Shown here: one piece after another, positions 26,491 through 39,794 of the stretch | How positions within the stretch are numbered: the first letter of the stretch is position 1 | How the letters are laid out: the number at the start of each line of letters is the position of its first letter | DNA from: Raja brachyura | Taxonomy: Eukaryota | Direction: 5' to 3' | DNA length: 64,000 nt | Assembly: GCA_963514005.1 (NCBI GenBank) | Contig: OY740808.1 | Location: 12,524,001 to 12,588,000 of the forward strand | Program-made: the position numbers and the translations under genes | The notes under the pieces: model-generated | Database searches by the model: none | What the model was told of the DNA's origin: nothing | What the model saw: the letters and a program-made list of their open reading frames with translations, nothing else

Positions 26491-27054
26491 GCAGTTACCA
26501 AGTGTGATGAGCCAATGTGGGGTAGTATTACTAGGACAACCTAAGAGGAAGGAATCAGTCCACATTGATTTTGTATTCGTGCAATTTCAGTTAAAGACCA
26601 AAAGACACGGCGCTGAGATCCGAATACATCAAAGCTCGGATGTGATGCATAATCCTTAATCGTTAAACTGTCCATTTCAAAGGAAAACTAAGACAGAAAG
26701 ATGGATTGATGACCTGCTCGAGGCATCGTGATTGTCAAATGTAGTTTGCACGTGGTTTATGTTTTCAGGAAAGGCACACTGTTAGCGTAACGTCATGATT
26801 TACACCGTCGTGAATAGCACCTTCTCGAATTGCTGCACACGTTTTGGTGACGGTACATCCCTAAACCCACCATAAATACCGTTCTTGGATTTACTTCTAG
26901 CAGTAAGGAAGAAAAGGTGGTACGCTGACATGTAAGAGTGGTATACGATTAGAGAGGAAGCATTGGGTGCTGGCAACCTTTTCTTTGACAGTAGGGTAGT
27001 AACTCACCAAATGTACCCAGACGCTGAATGCTATTAGAGGTCAGAAAGAGAGGG

Positions 27055-27990
27055 AGTTGTAGATTCCCATAGCACAGAAATACTGAAATCCCGGCGGCTC
27101 ACCATGTCTATCAACTGTTAATCATCGAAATGAATAAACTATCCATCAACTGTCTTTCCACATTAATATTATTTACTAAAATTCGGTCTGTAATCTATCA
27201 CAGATTGTCAATTCAGATGTTCGTCCAGAAGCTTCCTAAATATTTTGAGAGTATCTTCGTCCACCATCTTCTTGCGCAGTGCATTTCAGATGGCAACCGC
27301 TATTTGGATGAGGAATCTCTTCCTCAGATCACCGCTAGTTTCTCATTGTTCATCTTAGACTTGTGCCCTCCAGGCTTGCACACCTCTGCTATGAATATGT
27401 GCCTTATTGTCTGCGCTATAGATGTCCCTCATATTTTTATATCTCAATCATGTTTGTAAACAGCCTCAAATGCACCTAACAAAACGAAACCGGCATATCG
27501 CGGTTTTCCTCATAACTGAAACATTCCATCACAGGCAACATCAAGATGAAGATTCTGTGCAATTTCTCCAGAATAGTCCTGTGCGTTTGATGCAGTGCTG
27601 ATCAGAACGGCACCGAGTCTTCTAGCTGTGACATAACCAATATTTTAGAAATGTGTATGTAGTCCTCTGTTTTCTGATATCGATACACTGGACAGTTTCA
27701 GTGTTTCATAAGCCTTCTTTAGCATGTTATACCTGCCCTGCCATTTGCATGGAACTTTAGATTTGCATATTAACGAATGTTGTTGCTCAATGCAGGGGCG
27801 TTACCATGCATGATTTGTAACTTACATTTATTTAATACCGCAATATACAACAGAACATAATTATCAGGATTAAATTCTACTTGTCAATATCTTGCACATT
27901 TGACCAGATGATCAACATCAATCTGCAAACTGACTGCAATCTTAATATTAAAAATGCCACGAATTTTCGGGCCATCAACAAACTTACCAA
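27055..27990 (-). mobile_element. Ancient CR1 remnant that is part of the duplicated cluster unit
   Basis: Paralogous to 49070-49490 plus 54165-54397; weak CR1 3' similarity. Confidence 0.55.
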
Positions 27991-29193
27991 TCAAGTTCAA
28001 GTGAGTTTAAGTTCAAGTGAGTTTATTGTCATGTGTCCCTGGTAGGACAATGAAATTCTTGCTTTGCTTCAGCACAACAGACCATAGTAGGCATTGACTA
28101 CAAGCAGATCAGTGTATCCATATACCATATTATAAATATATACACACAAGAATAAATAAACTGATAAAGTGCAAATAACAGATAATGGGTTATTAAAGTT
28201 CAGAGTTTTGTCCGACAAGTATAATAGCCTGATGGCTGTGGGGAACTAGCTATTCCTGAACCTGGTCATTGCAGTGTTCAGGCTCCTGTACCTTCTACCT
28301 GAAGGTAGCAGTGAGATGAGTGTGTGGCCAGGATGGTGTGGGTCCTTGATGATACTGCCAGCCTTTTTGAGGCGCGACTGCGATAGATCCCCTCGATGGA
28401 AGCGAGGTCAGATCCGATGATGGACTGGGCAGTGTTAACTGCTTTTTGTAGTGTTTTCCTCTCCAGGGCGCTCAAGTTGCCGAACCAAGCCACGATGCAA
28501 CCAGTCAGCAAGCTCTCTACTGTGCACCTGTAGAAGTTAGAGAGAGTCTATTCTGAGATTTGTATACACGTCTCTATAGATATTGTTATGTGAAATTGTT
28601 CCATTCATTGTTAAGATGTATACTTCAATTTTTTTAATTAATTGTTTGCTTGTATTATTCTTTATTTTAATTTTTATTGTTTTGTTTTATTTTTAATTTT
28701 AATTTTTTATTTTTTTATTTTTCTTATATAATCATAATCAATATTATTTAATCACCATCTCCATTGATTATAGACCTATTCCTTCACTTCTTTACTTTCT
28801 AAAAAAATTTAAAAAAGAAGCTTATATAAATCATTTCGTAATATTTGTATAACTTTTGAAACAAGTTAAATGTGTATTTGAAAAACTGTTATATCATTGG
28901 CAATATGCATTGCTTCTAATAAAAATATTTTAAAAAAAAATAAGTTAGAGAGAGTCCTCCTTGACAGACCGACTCTCCGTAATCTTATCAGGAAGTAGAG
29001 GCGCTGATGTGCTTTCTTAATAATTGCATCAGTGTTCCAGGACCAGAAAATATCTTCAGACATGTGCACGCCCAGGAATTTGAAGCTCTTGACCCTTTCA
29101 ATTATCGACCCGTTGATATAAACGGGACTATGGGTCCCCATCCTACCCCTTCCAAAGTCCCGAATCAGGTCCTTGGTTTTGCTGGTGTTGAGG
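27991..29193 (-). mobile_element. Rex1/Babar-like LINE fragment
   Basis: ORFs 28866-29198 (LNTSKTK..FKFLGVH..KKAHQRLYFL) and 28278-28511 (CIVAWFGN). Confidence 0.85.
28549..28941 (+). mobile_element. L1-type 3' UTR/poly(A) insertion within the Rex1 element
   Basis: AATAAA plus A tail; 15-bp TSD AAGTTAGAGAGAGTC at 28534-28548 and 28942-28956. Confidence 0.8.
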
Positions 29194-29718
29194 ATCATTC
29201 TTACTACATAAACATCTTTTGCCGAGTTGCGTCTAATTACATTCTAATCGACCATGTGCCAATTCAGAAATTCAATTTCTGTACTATTCTTATACCTTCT
29301 TATCCTTACTGCGAAGTTTACGAAAGCAATGCTCCCTCTCCGTATAGTGCTCGCCCACTGACACTGAACGACTTGCCTAGCTTGATTCGTTGGTTTTAGG
29401 TCTGGCAGTATCACAAAATGCATTCCATAGCACACGATTCTCCATCACATTTATTCCCTTCACAGATGGGATATTGGGGATTTATTTTGTGGAAGCATTG
29501 CATTAGCTACTTGCCTGCTTACGATCAACTGTGACGTGAGGAAGGCTCGGGGTAGGGTATTGGTAAATGTAAATGCAATTGAACATTAAAAATATTTTGT
29601 GTATGTGTTCCTACCAACTTGGCAGATAATTCCTGCTGTTTCCCCAGACATTGCTACATGCAAACTTTATAAGAGCATTAAGTAATCATCAGCGATCTAG
29701 AGAATGTGCCTGGTTTGG

Positions 29719-30703
29719 CAATAGACAATAGACAATAGGTGCAGGACTAGGCCATTTTCCCCTCGAGCCAGCACCGCCATTCAATGTGATCATGGCTGAT
29801 CACCCCCAATTAGTACCCCGTTCCTGCCTTCTCACCATATCTCCTGACACCGCAATTTTTAAGAGCCCTATCTACCTCTCTCTTGAAAGCATCCAGAGAA
29901 CCTGCCCCCACCGCCCGCTGAGGCAGAGAATTCCACAGCCTCACCACTCTCTGTGTGAAAAAGTGTTTCCTAGTCTCCGTTCTAAATGGCGTACTCCTTA
30001 TTCTTAAACTGTGGCCCCTGGTTCTGGACTCCCCCAACATCGGGAACATGTTTCCTGCCTCTAGTGTGTCCAAGCCTTTAACAATCTTATATGGTTCAAT
30101 GAGATACCCTCTCATCCTTTTAAACTCCAGAGTGTACAAGCCCAGCTGCTCCATTCTCTCAGCATAAGGCAGTCCCGCCATCCCGGGAATTAACCTTGTA
30201 AACCTACGCAGCACTCCCTCAATAGCAAGAACGTTCTTCCTCAAATTAGGGGACCAAAACTGCACATAATACTCCTGGTGTCGTCTCGCTAGGGCTCTGT
30301 GCAACTGAAGAAGGACCTCTTTGCTCCTATATTCGATTCATCTTGTTATAAAGGCCAACATGTCATTCGCTTTCTTCACTGCCTGCTGTACCTGCATGCT
30401 TACTTTCATAGACTGATGTACAAGGACCCCCAGATCCCGTTGTACTTCCCCTTTTCCCAACTTGACGCCATTTAGATAGTAATCTGCCTTCCTGTTTTTG
30501 CTACCAAAGTGGATAACCTCACATTTATCCACATTAAACTTAATTTACCATGCATCTGCCCACTCCCCCAACCTGTCCAAGTCACACTGCATTCTCATAG
30601 CATCCTCCTCACAGTTCACACTTCCACCCAGCTTTGTGTCATCTGCAAATTTGCTAATGTTACTTTGAATTCCATCATCCAAATCATTGATGTATATTGT
30701 AAA
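29719..30703 (-). mobile_element. CR1 3' fragment
   Basis: ORFs 29810-30304 and 30338-30532; (caataga)n tail on the plus strand. Confidence 0.9.
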
Positions 30704-32979
30704 TATTTGCGAACGGCTCCATCAGATTGGAAACTAGTAAAAGTAATTATTTACTGATAAAAAATAAGTGAGCGAGTGATTATGAATATATGGCTTAACT
30801 AGTTTAAAACATTCTACTGACAATTGTCAGATGATATATCAAACAGATTGTTGCAGGGCATGAAGATAAATTCAAGGTAATCACACAAAATGACCGTGGT
30901 TTCGTGGAGCTGTATCACGTTTGAAGTATGTATTGGAGATCCTTGAAGCATTAACATGTACTGTGCCAAAAGGGGAAATGATGCATGCACTAAGTTTTCC
31001 AGCGACATTTCATAGGTGCCACTCCAACAAACTGTTGCATACAATAATAACACACGCTATCGGTCAGAGTGGTTAGAATCAGAAACTGACTTGATGTTGC
31101 AGTACTTATTCTGTCAACAAGGCAAACATATTTTATTGACATTGCAATTGTTTTCAGTGAACGTGGTAAAATGTGAGTGGAGAGTGAAGGTGAGTGACTG
31201 TATAGGATTCCTTACTAATAAAAAAAAATCAGATGTCTTGCAGAGTTGAAGAACAGACCTCTAAACGATGACGAAATTTTCGAAAGTTTTTTTTCCTAAT
31301 CTCTTTTCTCAGTCCGAATAAAATCCTGCGACACCAATGGTAACAAGTGCGAACTGATGGTCAGATTGTTGTAATAAATGCGATCTGTAGTCCAGGTTTA
31401 GGTAAACAATAAATCACGTGGACGAAGTTGTAGGAAAAAGTTGCAGTAAGCGCAAGTCAAAGTTTGTTACTCGACAAGATTGACGGTGTCAGGCAAGAAG
31501 AAAATGTGAGAATGTATCTCCCACATACATATTTATGCACAGAGTGTAATAAATAAATTGAACGCATTCGAAACATAAATACAGCTTAGATGCAGTAAAA
31601 TAGCAGTAATTACTGAAAATGTTGGTCTCGTATGCGGGTTGTTTTTTCATCTTATCTGATTGGGAAACAGCACCAGGAGGATGGGTGGCCTGATTTTGCT
31701 GCGTATTACCTGGGAGAATATGTCATCTATAGAATCTATGCTACACGGCTAGAATTTAGAGTAAGATAAATAAAACTGTACGAAAGGTTGTCTATCCACC
31801 GTCTGGTGGTCGTTACTTGGTAGAATATGTTATACTAGAGATTAACAAAATGATACTAAAACTATTTTAATAAAATTATGTCCCGATCATGCAACAATGC
31901 ATCTACCCCCACTTTACGCCACTGCACTCGTGCCTTTGTTAACATCCTTCATAATAATATACAATTTGTTGTACTAAAATCAGCAACTAGAGTTAAAGTC
32001 TATACCTACAATGAGTGATAATTTGCAAAGTGTATAAATGTATTTGCCAGAATATTTGCACATATTTAGGCCTACAATATTAAATTGAACATTGACAGAA
32101 CTACTGAGGTTTTAATCCAGATGAGTGAGGCAAATATGTGTCGTGCGTCCCCCTGATTTGTGATTACTTTGTGCCATCCGACCGAAAGTAATTTATAAAT
32201 AAAGGTCATGTGCAATCGGAATATGCATCACAGTAAAAAGGTAGGTGGATTTGTACGGGAATATGTGAGGCGCCATAAATATATTGTTGGAAAGTTTAAT
32301 TAGGCTCGGAAATTCTGTGTCGCGAGGTGCGGTTGTGATTGTTTGCATGCCGCCCCATCTCTGCCACTGTTGGCCAATCTGAGCACCTCTAAATACAAAT
32401 GCAATACCTTCCCTCCCGGACTGACTGGCCTGTAGACATATGGGCGCAATAAAGGAGATGCTTCTCAGGTGGAGCGCTTAAAATAAAATTGCAGGAGGAA
32501 CTCAACTGGTCGCCACAATTAGTAAGTAGGCAGAAAATCAAAACAAACCAGTTTCTAATGCGTACTTTCACTCCATGGTTGATGTATGCCATCTAGATTA
32601 TGTTGATAGTTCTGTAAACAATGACATTTTTGTTAATTCTAAGTGCTACAGAGTGTTGCTAATGTGGCCTTGTCTATCACAAAAGCAACCTCTCCCAATA
32701 GACACCATCTACATTTCGCAGACTGCACCGACATTTTACGCTGCTTCAGAAAGCGGCCAACATGATCAAATACCATTTCCCCTCTGGCGATTCCCTGTTC
32801 TCCGCTCTTCCATCGGACAGAAGACACAAAAGCTTGTAAACATGCACCACCAGATTCAGGGACGTTTCTTCCTCGTTGTTATCTCCAAACCTACTTCATT
32901 GACCTTGCATTATCTATTTGCACTTTATCTGCAACTGTAATACTGTCACCTCTCTTACTATATTCTTTGCTCTGTTTAA

Positions 32980-34510
32980 TGGATGTAAGGGCATTGTGAG
33001 ATTAAGAAGGAGGGTGTATTGGGGGTAATCGTTGAGGTGGATAAATCACAAGTTATTCGAGAGACAAAAGGGAATATTGCAGGAGCTTGGACGAAAATCT
33101 TTGCACCTCCAGCAACAGGCCAGGTCTGAGGACTGGAGAGTAATTAATGTTGTTCCTTTGTTTAACCGGGGAAGTAGAGAGAATCCGGGAATTTATGGGC
33201 CCGTGCGCCACTAATCAGTGATAGATTAACTACGGAGAGGATTCTTCAGATTGGGATTTGGAAGAGAATGGTTTAATTAGACATATTAATTAGCATGGCT
33301 TTATCCGCGGCAGTTGGTGCGTTACTAACTTGATCGAAGTTTTTGAGGTGGTGACCAATGTAATCAAAATCCGTCCGTGGACATTGTGCACGTGGGTTTT
33401 ATAAGGCATTTGATAAAGTCCACCATTGTAGGCTGATTCAGAAGATTAAGATGCACGGGATTAACAGTGACTTGGTCGTGTGGATTTGGAACTAGTTTAC
33501 GAATAGTAGTTAGTGTGTTGTGGTGGAAGGACAACTTTCAAGCAGGAGATCGATGACATTTTGAGGTCTGCAGCAACACGTGCATCTTCCTCGGATGCGT
33601 GTGATATATACGAATTACTAGGTTGTAAATGTAGATGGGTTAGTAGTAAATTTGCAGATGACACCAAGATTGCTTGGGTTGCGGACTGTGGGGTGTCAAC
33701 GTATCCAGCAGGAAAGAGACCAGGGACAGAAATGGTCGACAAAATGGCAGATGTAGTTTAACTAGAATAAGTGTGAGGTGCGGCACTTTAGGAGGTCGAT
33801 TGCAAGGGGAAAATATCGAATTAATTACAACAGTATTGGTGTACAGAGCGAGCGTAGGAACCAAGTCCGTAATTCTCTGAAATGGATAATACAACTAGAT
33901 ATAGTGGTAAGAAGGTATACGGCATGCTTGCCTTCCTTGGTCAGGGCATTGAGGATTACGGCCACAGAGTCATGATGCTACTTTTATCACTTTTGTTATG
34001 TTTCAGTGTGGCTACTGTCTACATTTCTGAGAGGTCCAATACTAGATCGATGTGGAGGCTTTACAAAGGATGCAGAGGATGTTTAGCAGAATGATGCTCA
34101 ATTAGGGGTATACAGCAGGATAGAGACCAGGTGTAGGAATTGGCGACAAAATGGCAGATGTAGTTTAACCAGAATAACCACAAAATGAGATGAGACATAT
34201 TTGGATTGATTTCCCTGTCACGCCTGAGGATGAGGTGGGACCTACCAAAAGTATACAGAATTATGAGAGTCATAGATAGGGCTGAGAGTCATAACCCTTT
34301 CTCCCCAGAATGGAAATATCAAGGACCGGATGGCACAGCTTTAATGTGAGAGGTGCGGGGAAAATGTTATACACAGAGGCAGGTGAGTATATATAAGAAT
34401 GCAGGGATACGGATCATGTGCATGCAAATAAGGTTTGATTTTGGCTTCATGTCGGCAGAGACATGGTGTGCTGACGGGCTTGTTCGTTTGCTGTACTGTT
34501 CTACGTTTTA
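32980..34510 (+). mobile_element. Old decayed CR1 downstream of C2, paralogous to 61200-62730
   Basis: EDWRVINVVPLF and KFADDTKI remnants; shared diagnostic sequence with the cluster 3 flank. Confidence 0.7.
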
Positions 34511-34898
34511 TGAAGACTGCAAACTGCAATCTTGCACACACTAATCAGGTTAAATACAGTCTGCAAATGTTCTGCTAATACCACTTAGAATGTTACAGAG
34601 GCATATATACTATATATTGTAGGTCGGCACCGCGGCGCACCTGTGTGGAGTGGATCTGCTGCCTCACAACTCTAGAGACTAGGGTTCGATCCTGACTAAG
34701 GCTGGGAGTTTGCACATTCTCCACGTGGGTTTCTCCGGGCTCCCCGGTTGCCTTCCATTACTCTCACTCAGTACCAGCCCCACCCATTTCACTCCAGGAT
34801 GAAATTCATCGGAATTTCCAAGTGAATAGTAGGATCTTATGCAACGGTTAGTGGCCACTCTCGGATGGGTTTGTGCATGAGCGCGCTATTGAACTAGA

Positions 34899-34935
34899 GT
34901 GCGTGTGTGCGTGTGCGTGTGTGCGCGCGCGCGCG
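34899..34935. repeat. (TG/CG)n alternating purine-pyrimidine tract
   Basis: gtgcgtgtgtgcgtgtgcgtgtgtgcgcgcgcgcgcg; paralog at 63244-63269. Confidence 0.9.
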
Positions 34936-35173
34936 GTTATGCGAACCAACCTATAGTCACACCAGCTTTTAAATAACGTTCGGTAACCTTTATCGCAGTT
35001 TGTCCATTAGGTAAAATTATGAAGGTCGATTGAATACATGTGATTTTATCTCCATCAGAAATAAATGTCAACGAAATGTATTGGTCTTGAGATTGGTTCA
35101 TTAATTTTAGTCGAGAGTTGTATTTGAAAATGTTATTACGAAGCAAAACAAACCAGAATGTAGACTACAGTCT

Positions 35174-35179
35174 TTTAAT
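35174..35179 (-). terminator. Candidate poly(A) signal ATTAAA of IgL cluster 2
   Basis: About 210 nt after the stop; conserved among clusters. Confidence 0.55.
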
Positions 35180-35389
35180 GAATATTTGTGGATGCATGTA
35201 ACAGATGAACGGTTTCAATTAACAATGGGATTGCTTTGATGTAATTACCTTTACAAACGGCATGACAATGAACGATTTAAACACAAATGCCAGTAGATAA
35301 CAAATAATATTTTTATATCCATTTCTGACAAATGAAAGAAAGACGGAACTAAAATGCTTTTTCAGCTTGTTAGTTGGAATTTATAGGTT

Positions 35390-35712
35390 TTACAGACAGC
35401 CGGATCTGGCGACGTTTCCCTGCAGCGGGTCAGCCTGGGTCTCGTGTTTAACCACACAGGAGTAAAGCTCGTGTGAGTTCCAGACTGTGGCCGGCAGAGT
35501 CAGGTAACTGCTCGCACTGAACGTGTTGTCCGCCTCCTGCTGGATCCGGCTGGTCTCAACGCCATCACTTCTCGCATTGCCGTCCACAGTCCACTTAATG
35601 TCCACAGCTCCCGGCTTAAACCCGCTCACCAAACACACCAGGGTGGCCGTGCCCTTTGCCGTGATTTCTTCCCCTGAAGGTCGAAGGACGGACACCGCGG
35701 GGGGCACAGGTT
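35390..35712 (-). CDS. Ig light chain constant exon, cluster 2
   Basis: KPVPPAVSVLRPS..ATLVCLVSGFKPG..YSCVVKH..RSGCL; acceptor tttaaacag at 35713-35714; 323 nt. Confidence 0.96.
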
Positions 35713-36778
35713 CTGTTTAAACAAAAAAAAGATTATTCGGGGTTGAAGAACTGCTTCGGATGAAAGTACTACTTTTAGTTTAAGAAATAATCGTTTATCG
35801 CACGTGTCCATTCATTGTAATGAAATGAGATTTCTTTCCTCTCCTAATTTCAATCTATTGAACACGTGAAGTAATTTTCCAGGTGAAATCTCCAAAGTTT
35901 AATTTGTGTCGGCGGCAATGAGGCAGAATACGTACAATCGTTTAAAATACATTATATAGGCAGAATCTATAATTGATCTCCAGAACCTTATTTGCATAGG
36001 CATCGGTATAACTAAAAATCGGGCGTTATATCTGATTGCCAGCTGCGATTCACATTTTCACCCGCTGCCCTCTCTTAAAGCTTAAATCGCATTTAGACAT
36101 TTATCCTTCATTCACCTGTTTATTACTTAACACCAGAGTGTTATTGATGGCAGGCGTAAATGCACGACTAAGAATATTTTCCTGCCTTGGCCATTGACGC
36201 TCAGAACTTATTTTGCGGCAAGGTTTACTGTTTTTCCGCATTTGAAATTTTTACCTGAATGCTGAAATGTGCATGTTTTTTTCTTGGCCCGCCTCTAATC
36301 TCTGAAGTAATAATTCAGCTCAGGTTTCTGAAGTGAAACAGCGAATTTTACTCCTTTCACCCAATGGCGCAAAAACAAACCGCTGCTAGACGTCTCGCGG
36401 AATAAAAATGAGTTCAACTGATATGATTAAGAACTTCAAATGGTAATTTGCTTTTAACATTTTAAAAATTATTTTCAAGTAAAATCGTAATATTCGTGAT
36501 TGTACTCGTGATTGCAAATTTCTCACGCAGAAAGTGGAAAGATAAATACATTTCACAAATAACTCATAGACATCGGAATTTAAAATGAGAAAAGAAATTC
36601 GATATCGGATTTAACAGCAAATGATTAGCTGCAATATTTGGGTGCAGAGATATTGAAATTATAGAAGTGAAATAATCAAGCATTTGAATGCACAGGATTT
36701 AAAAGGAAGCACTCGTAATACTCGGCGATTTGAACTCTATTATCGGGCGGTACTTTTCGCTCCGTGTTATTGTTACTT

Positions 36779-37755
36779 CAGAACTTCGGGTTACATTGGA
36801 TTCCCCTCCCCCACTATAGATGAGGCTCGCACCAGGGTCTCCGCCGTACCCCGTAACACGGCCCTATCTCCCCCCCCCCCCCCCACCCCCCACTCGCAAC
36901 AAGGGCAGAGTCCCCCGGTCCTCACCTTTCACCCCACCAGCCGGCATATAAAAAAACATTGTCCTCCGCCAGTTTCGCCACCTCCAACATAATCCCACCA
37001 CTCGCCACGTCTTCCCATCTCTCCCCCCCCCCCCCCCCCCCCCGTCTGGCCCGCAAAGATCGCTCCCTCCGCAACTCCCTTGTCAATTCTTCCCTTCCCT
37101 CCCGCTCCACCTCTTCCCCGGGCACTTTCCCTTGCAACCGCAAGAGATGCTACACTTGTCGCTCCACTCCATTCAAAGACCCAAGCTGTCGTTCCAGGTC
37201 CGACAGAGGTTCACCTGCACCTCATCCAACCTCATCTATTGCATCCGCTGCTCTAGATGTCAACTGATCTATATCGGTGAGACCAAGCGGAGGCTTGGCG
37301 ATCGTTTCGCCGAACACCTCCGCTCGGTCCGCAATGACCAACCCGACCTCCCGGTGGCTCAGCACTGCCAACTCCCCCTCCCATTCCGTATCCGACCTCT
37401 CTGTCCTGGGCCTCCTCCACGGCCAGAGTGAGCAACGCCGCAAATTGGAGGAACAGCACCTCATATTCCGCTTGGGGAGTCTGCATCCTCTTGGCATGAA
37501 CATAGAATTCTCTCAATTCTGTTAACCCTTGCTATCTTCTCCCCTTCCCCCTTCCCACCTCTCCCTCAGCCCTCGGGCTCCGCCTCCTCCTTTTTCCTTT
37601 CTTCCCCCCGCCTCCCCCCACCCCCATCAGTCTGAAGAAGGGGTTCGGCCCGAAACGTTGCCTATCTCCTTCGCTCCATAGATGCTGCTGCACCCGCTGA
37701 GTTTCTCCAGCATTTTGTGTACCCTCGATTTTCCAGCATCTGCAGTTTCTTCTTT
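36779..37755 (+). mobile_element. Penelope-like element 3' fragment (GIY-YIG endonuclease) in the J-C intron
   Basis: PGTFPCNRKRCYTC; NLIYCIRC..IYIGETKRRLGDRFAEH; RKLEEQHLIFRLGSLHPLGMN. Confidence 0.9.
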
Positions 37756-37979
37756 AACATTTTACATTTTGAATTCGATAGTTCAGCACCATAGGAACGG
37801 CTATGACTTTCTTGCGTGGAGCAAAGAAACCGTTCATCCGTTCAAATAAGTTTTTAAGCATTTAAAAAATATATAAAACAGGACAATTCAAAATTTAGTT
37901 GCAGGATACTACTCTAGGAATATGACTTAAAGTCTTTGAACATCTGAAGAGGTCCGTTCTGATTAATCGACTAAATAAT

Positions 37980-38488
37980 GTCAACAAAATAGAGAGGGTA
38001 CAGAGGAGATTTACTAGAATGTTGCCTGGGTTTCAACAGCTAAGTTACAGAGATAGGTTGAATAAGTTAGGTCTTTATTCTCTGGAGCGCAGAAGGTTAA
38101 GGGGGGACTTGATAGAGGTCTTTAAAATGATGAGAGGGATAGACAGAGTTAATGTGGACAAGCTTTTCCCTTTGAGAATAGGGAAGATTCAAACACGAGG
38201 ACATGACTTTAGAATTAAGGGACAGAGGTTTAGGGGTAACATGAGGGGGAACTTCTTTACTCAGAGAGTGGTAGCGGTGTGGAATGAGCTTCCAGTGGAA
38301 GTGGTGGCGGCAGGTTCGTTGGTATCATTTAAAAATAAATTGGATAGGCATATGGATGAGAAGGGTATGGAGGGTTATGGTATGAGTGCAGGCAGGTGGG
38401 ACTAAGGGAAAAAAGTTGTTCGGCACGGACTTGAAGGGCCGAGATGGCCTGTTTCCGTGCTGTAATTGTTATATGGTTATATGGTTAT
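37980..38488 (+). mobile_element. CR1 3' fragment in the J-C intron
   Basis: ORF 38019-38405 (LYSLERRRLRGDLIEVFK, TRGHDF); (atatggtt)n tail. Confidence 0.9.
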
Positions 38489-38539
38489 AATCGGTTTATT
38501 TGTTCCTTTTTTTATTTCATTGGATACCAAAAATCCATA

Positions 38540-38826
38540 TACATGCATGGAAACGGCCTTACCGCCCATTGAGGTCAACCCGACCATCTATCACCCGTTC
38601 ACACTAATTCAACGTTATCCCACTTTCTCATCCACACTATGATTAATTTTCAGACAAACTCGCATGTCTTTGGGATATGAGGCGTAGCTGGAGCACCCGG
38701 AGGAAACCCATGCGGTCACATGGAGAACGTGCAAATTCCACATACGGACAGCACCCGGAGTCAGGATAGAAACCACGTCTCGGGTGCTGTGAGGCAGCAG
38801 GTCTACCAGCTGCGCAATTGTACCGC
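38540..38826 (-). mobile_element. V-SINE/HE1-like SINE
   Basis: Reverse complement resembles the SINE at 22034-22328. Confidence 0.7.
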
Positions 38827-39043
38827 TGGTAGATCTGGAAGCTGCAGATGCCTTACAGGTTATTGGATTGCCACCAATAACATCGTAGATTACATTTTTT
38901 TAAATATGAGCATTTTCTTGATATTCAGAGCTATATCCCATATTTCGTGAGGGGCATCAACCCAAAAAATTATTGCTATATCGGAAGGTGCATCTTCTAA
39001 CAGAAGCATAGGTGCCATCCAAAACAACGGAAAAAAACAATGT

Positions 39044-39214
39044 NNNNNNNNNNNNNNNNNNNNNNNNNNNNNNNNNNNNNNNNNNNNNNNNNNNNNNNNN
39101 NNNNNNNNNNNNNNNNNNNNNNNNNNNNNNNNNNNNNNNNNNNNNNNNNNNNNNNNNNNNNNNNNNNNNNNNNNNNNNNNNNNNNNNNNNNNNNNNNNNN
39201 NNNNNNNNNNNNNN
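39044..39214. other. Assembly gap (171 N)
   Basis: Run of N. Confidence 1.
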
Positions 39215-39794
39215 TTCCGAAATTACGTCAAAACGATACACAATATCGCTATTTTTATTGCACTACCTTACTCACCATTGTCATGTGGTGGTTTGCGTCA
39301 AGTTTAATTCAGATTGATGTTATAAGTGTAATTTCACATTTTTATCAATTTAAAAAGTCAAGATGTGAGAATAAACTCTTCAATCTGTAGCTGTTTCTGC
39401 AGCTATGACTGCATACTGCTACAATGTTGTAATCTCGGCACACAGTCATGTCAGGGTGCCAGCACTGCAATGTTGCTATCCCTTTTTTAAAAATATTCCA
39501 GGCAGCAAGTATATTCCTGGCAGCATGGAGGGAGGGTGCATTTAAAAAAATATTTTAAAGTCACAGTACAATGAATTGTGAATAAGGCGAAATGGGCAGC
39601 CCCTCCGCAGTTGGGGGGGCTATGCGTGAGTGCTGGAATATGGGGGAACGGGTGAGAGGTGGAATATTGCGTTGGGGGAACGGGTTGCGTTGGGGTAACG
39701 GGTGAGTGCAGGAATATTGCGTTGGGGAACGGGTTGCGTTGGGGGACCAGGCCTCCCGTGTGACAGTGATCCAACGGGTCCCAGTTGGTCTAGT
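39215..39794. mobile_element. Possible Helitron/Helentron-like non-autonomous element end
   Basis: Ends ccaacgggtcccagttggtCTAGT (short hairpin plus CTAG); internal G-rich repeats ggggaacgggttgcgtt; absent from the cluster 1 intron. Confidence 0.4.

Noticed and set aside
38957-39390. ORFs spanning N runs (also 45641-46202)
   Set aside because: Artifacts of assembly gaps
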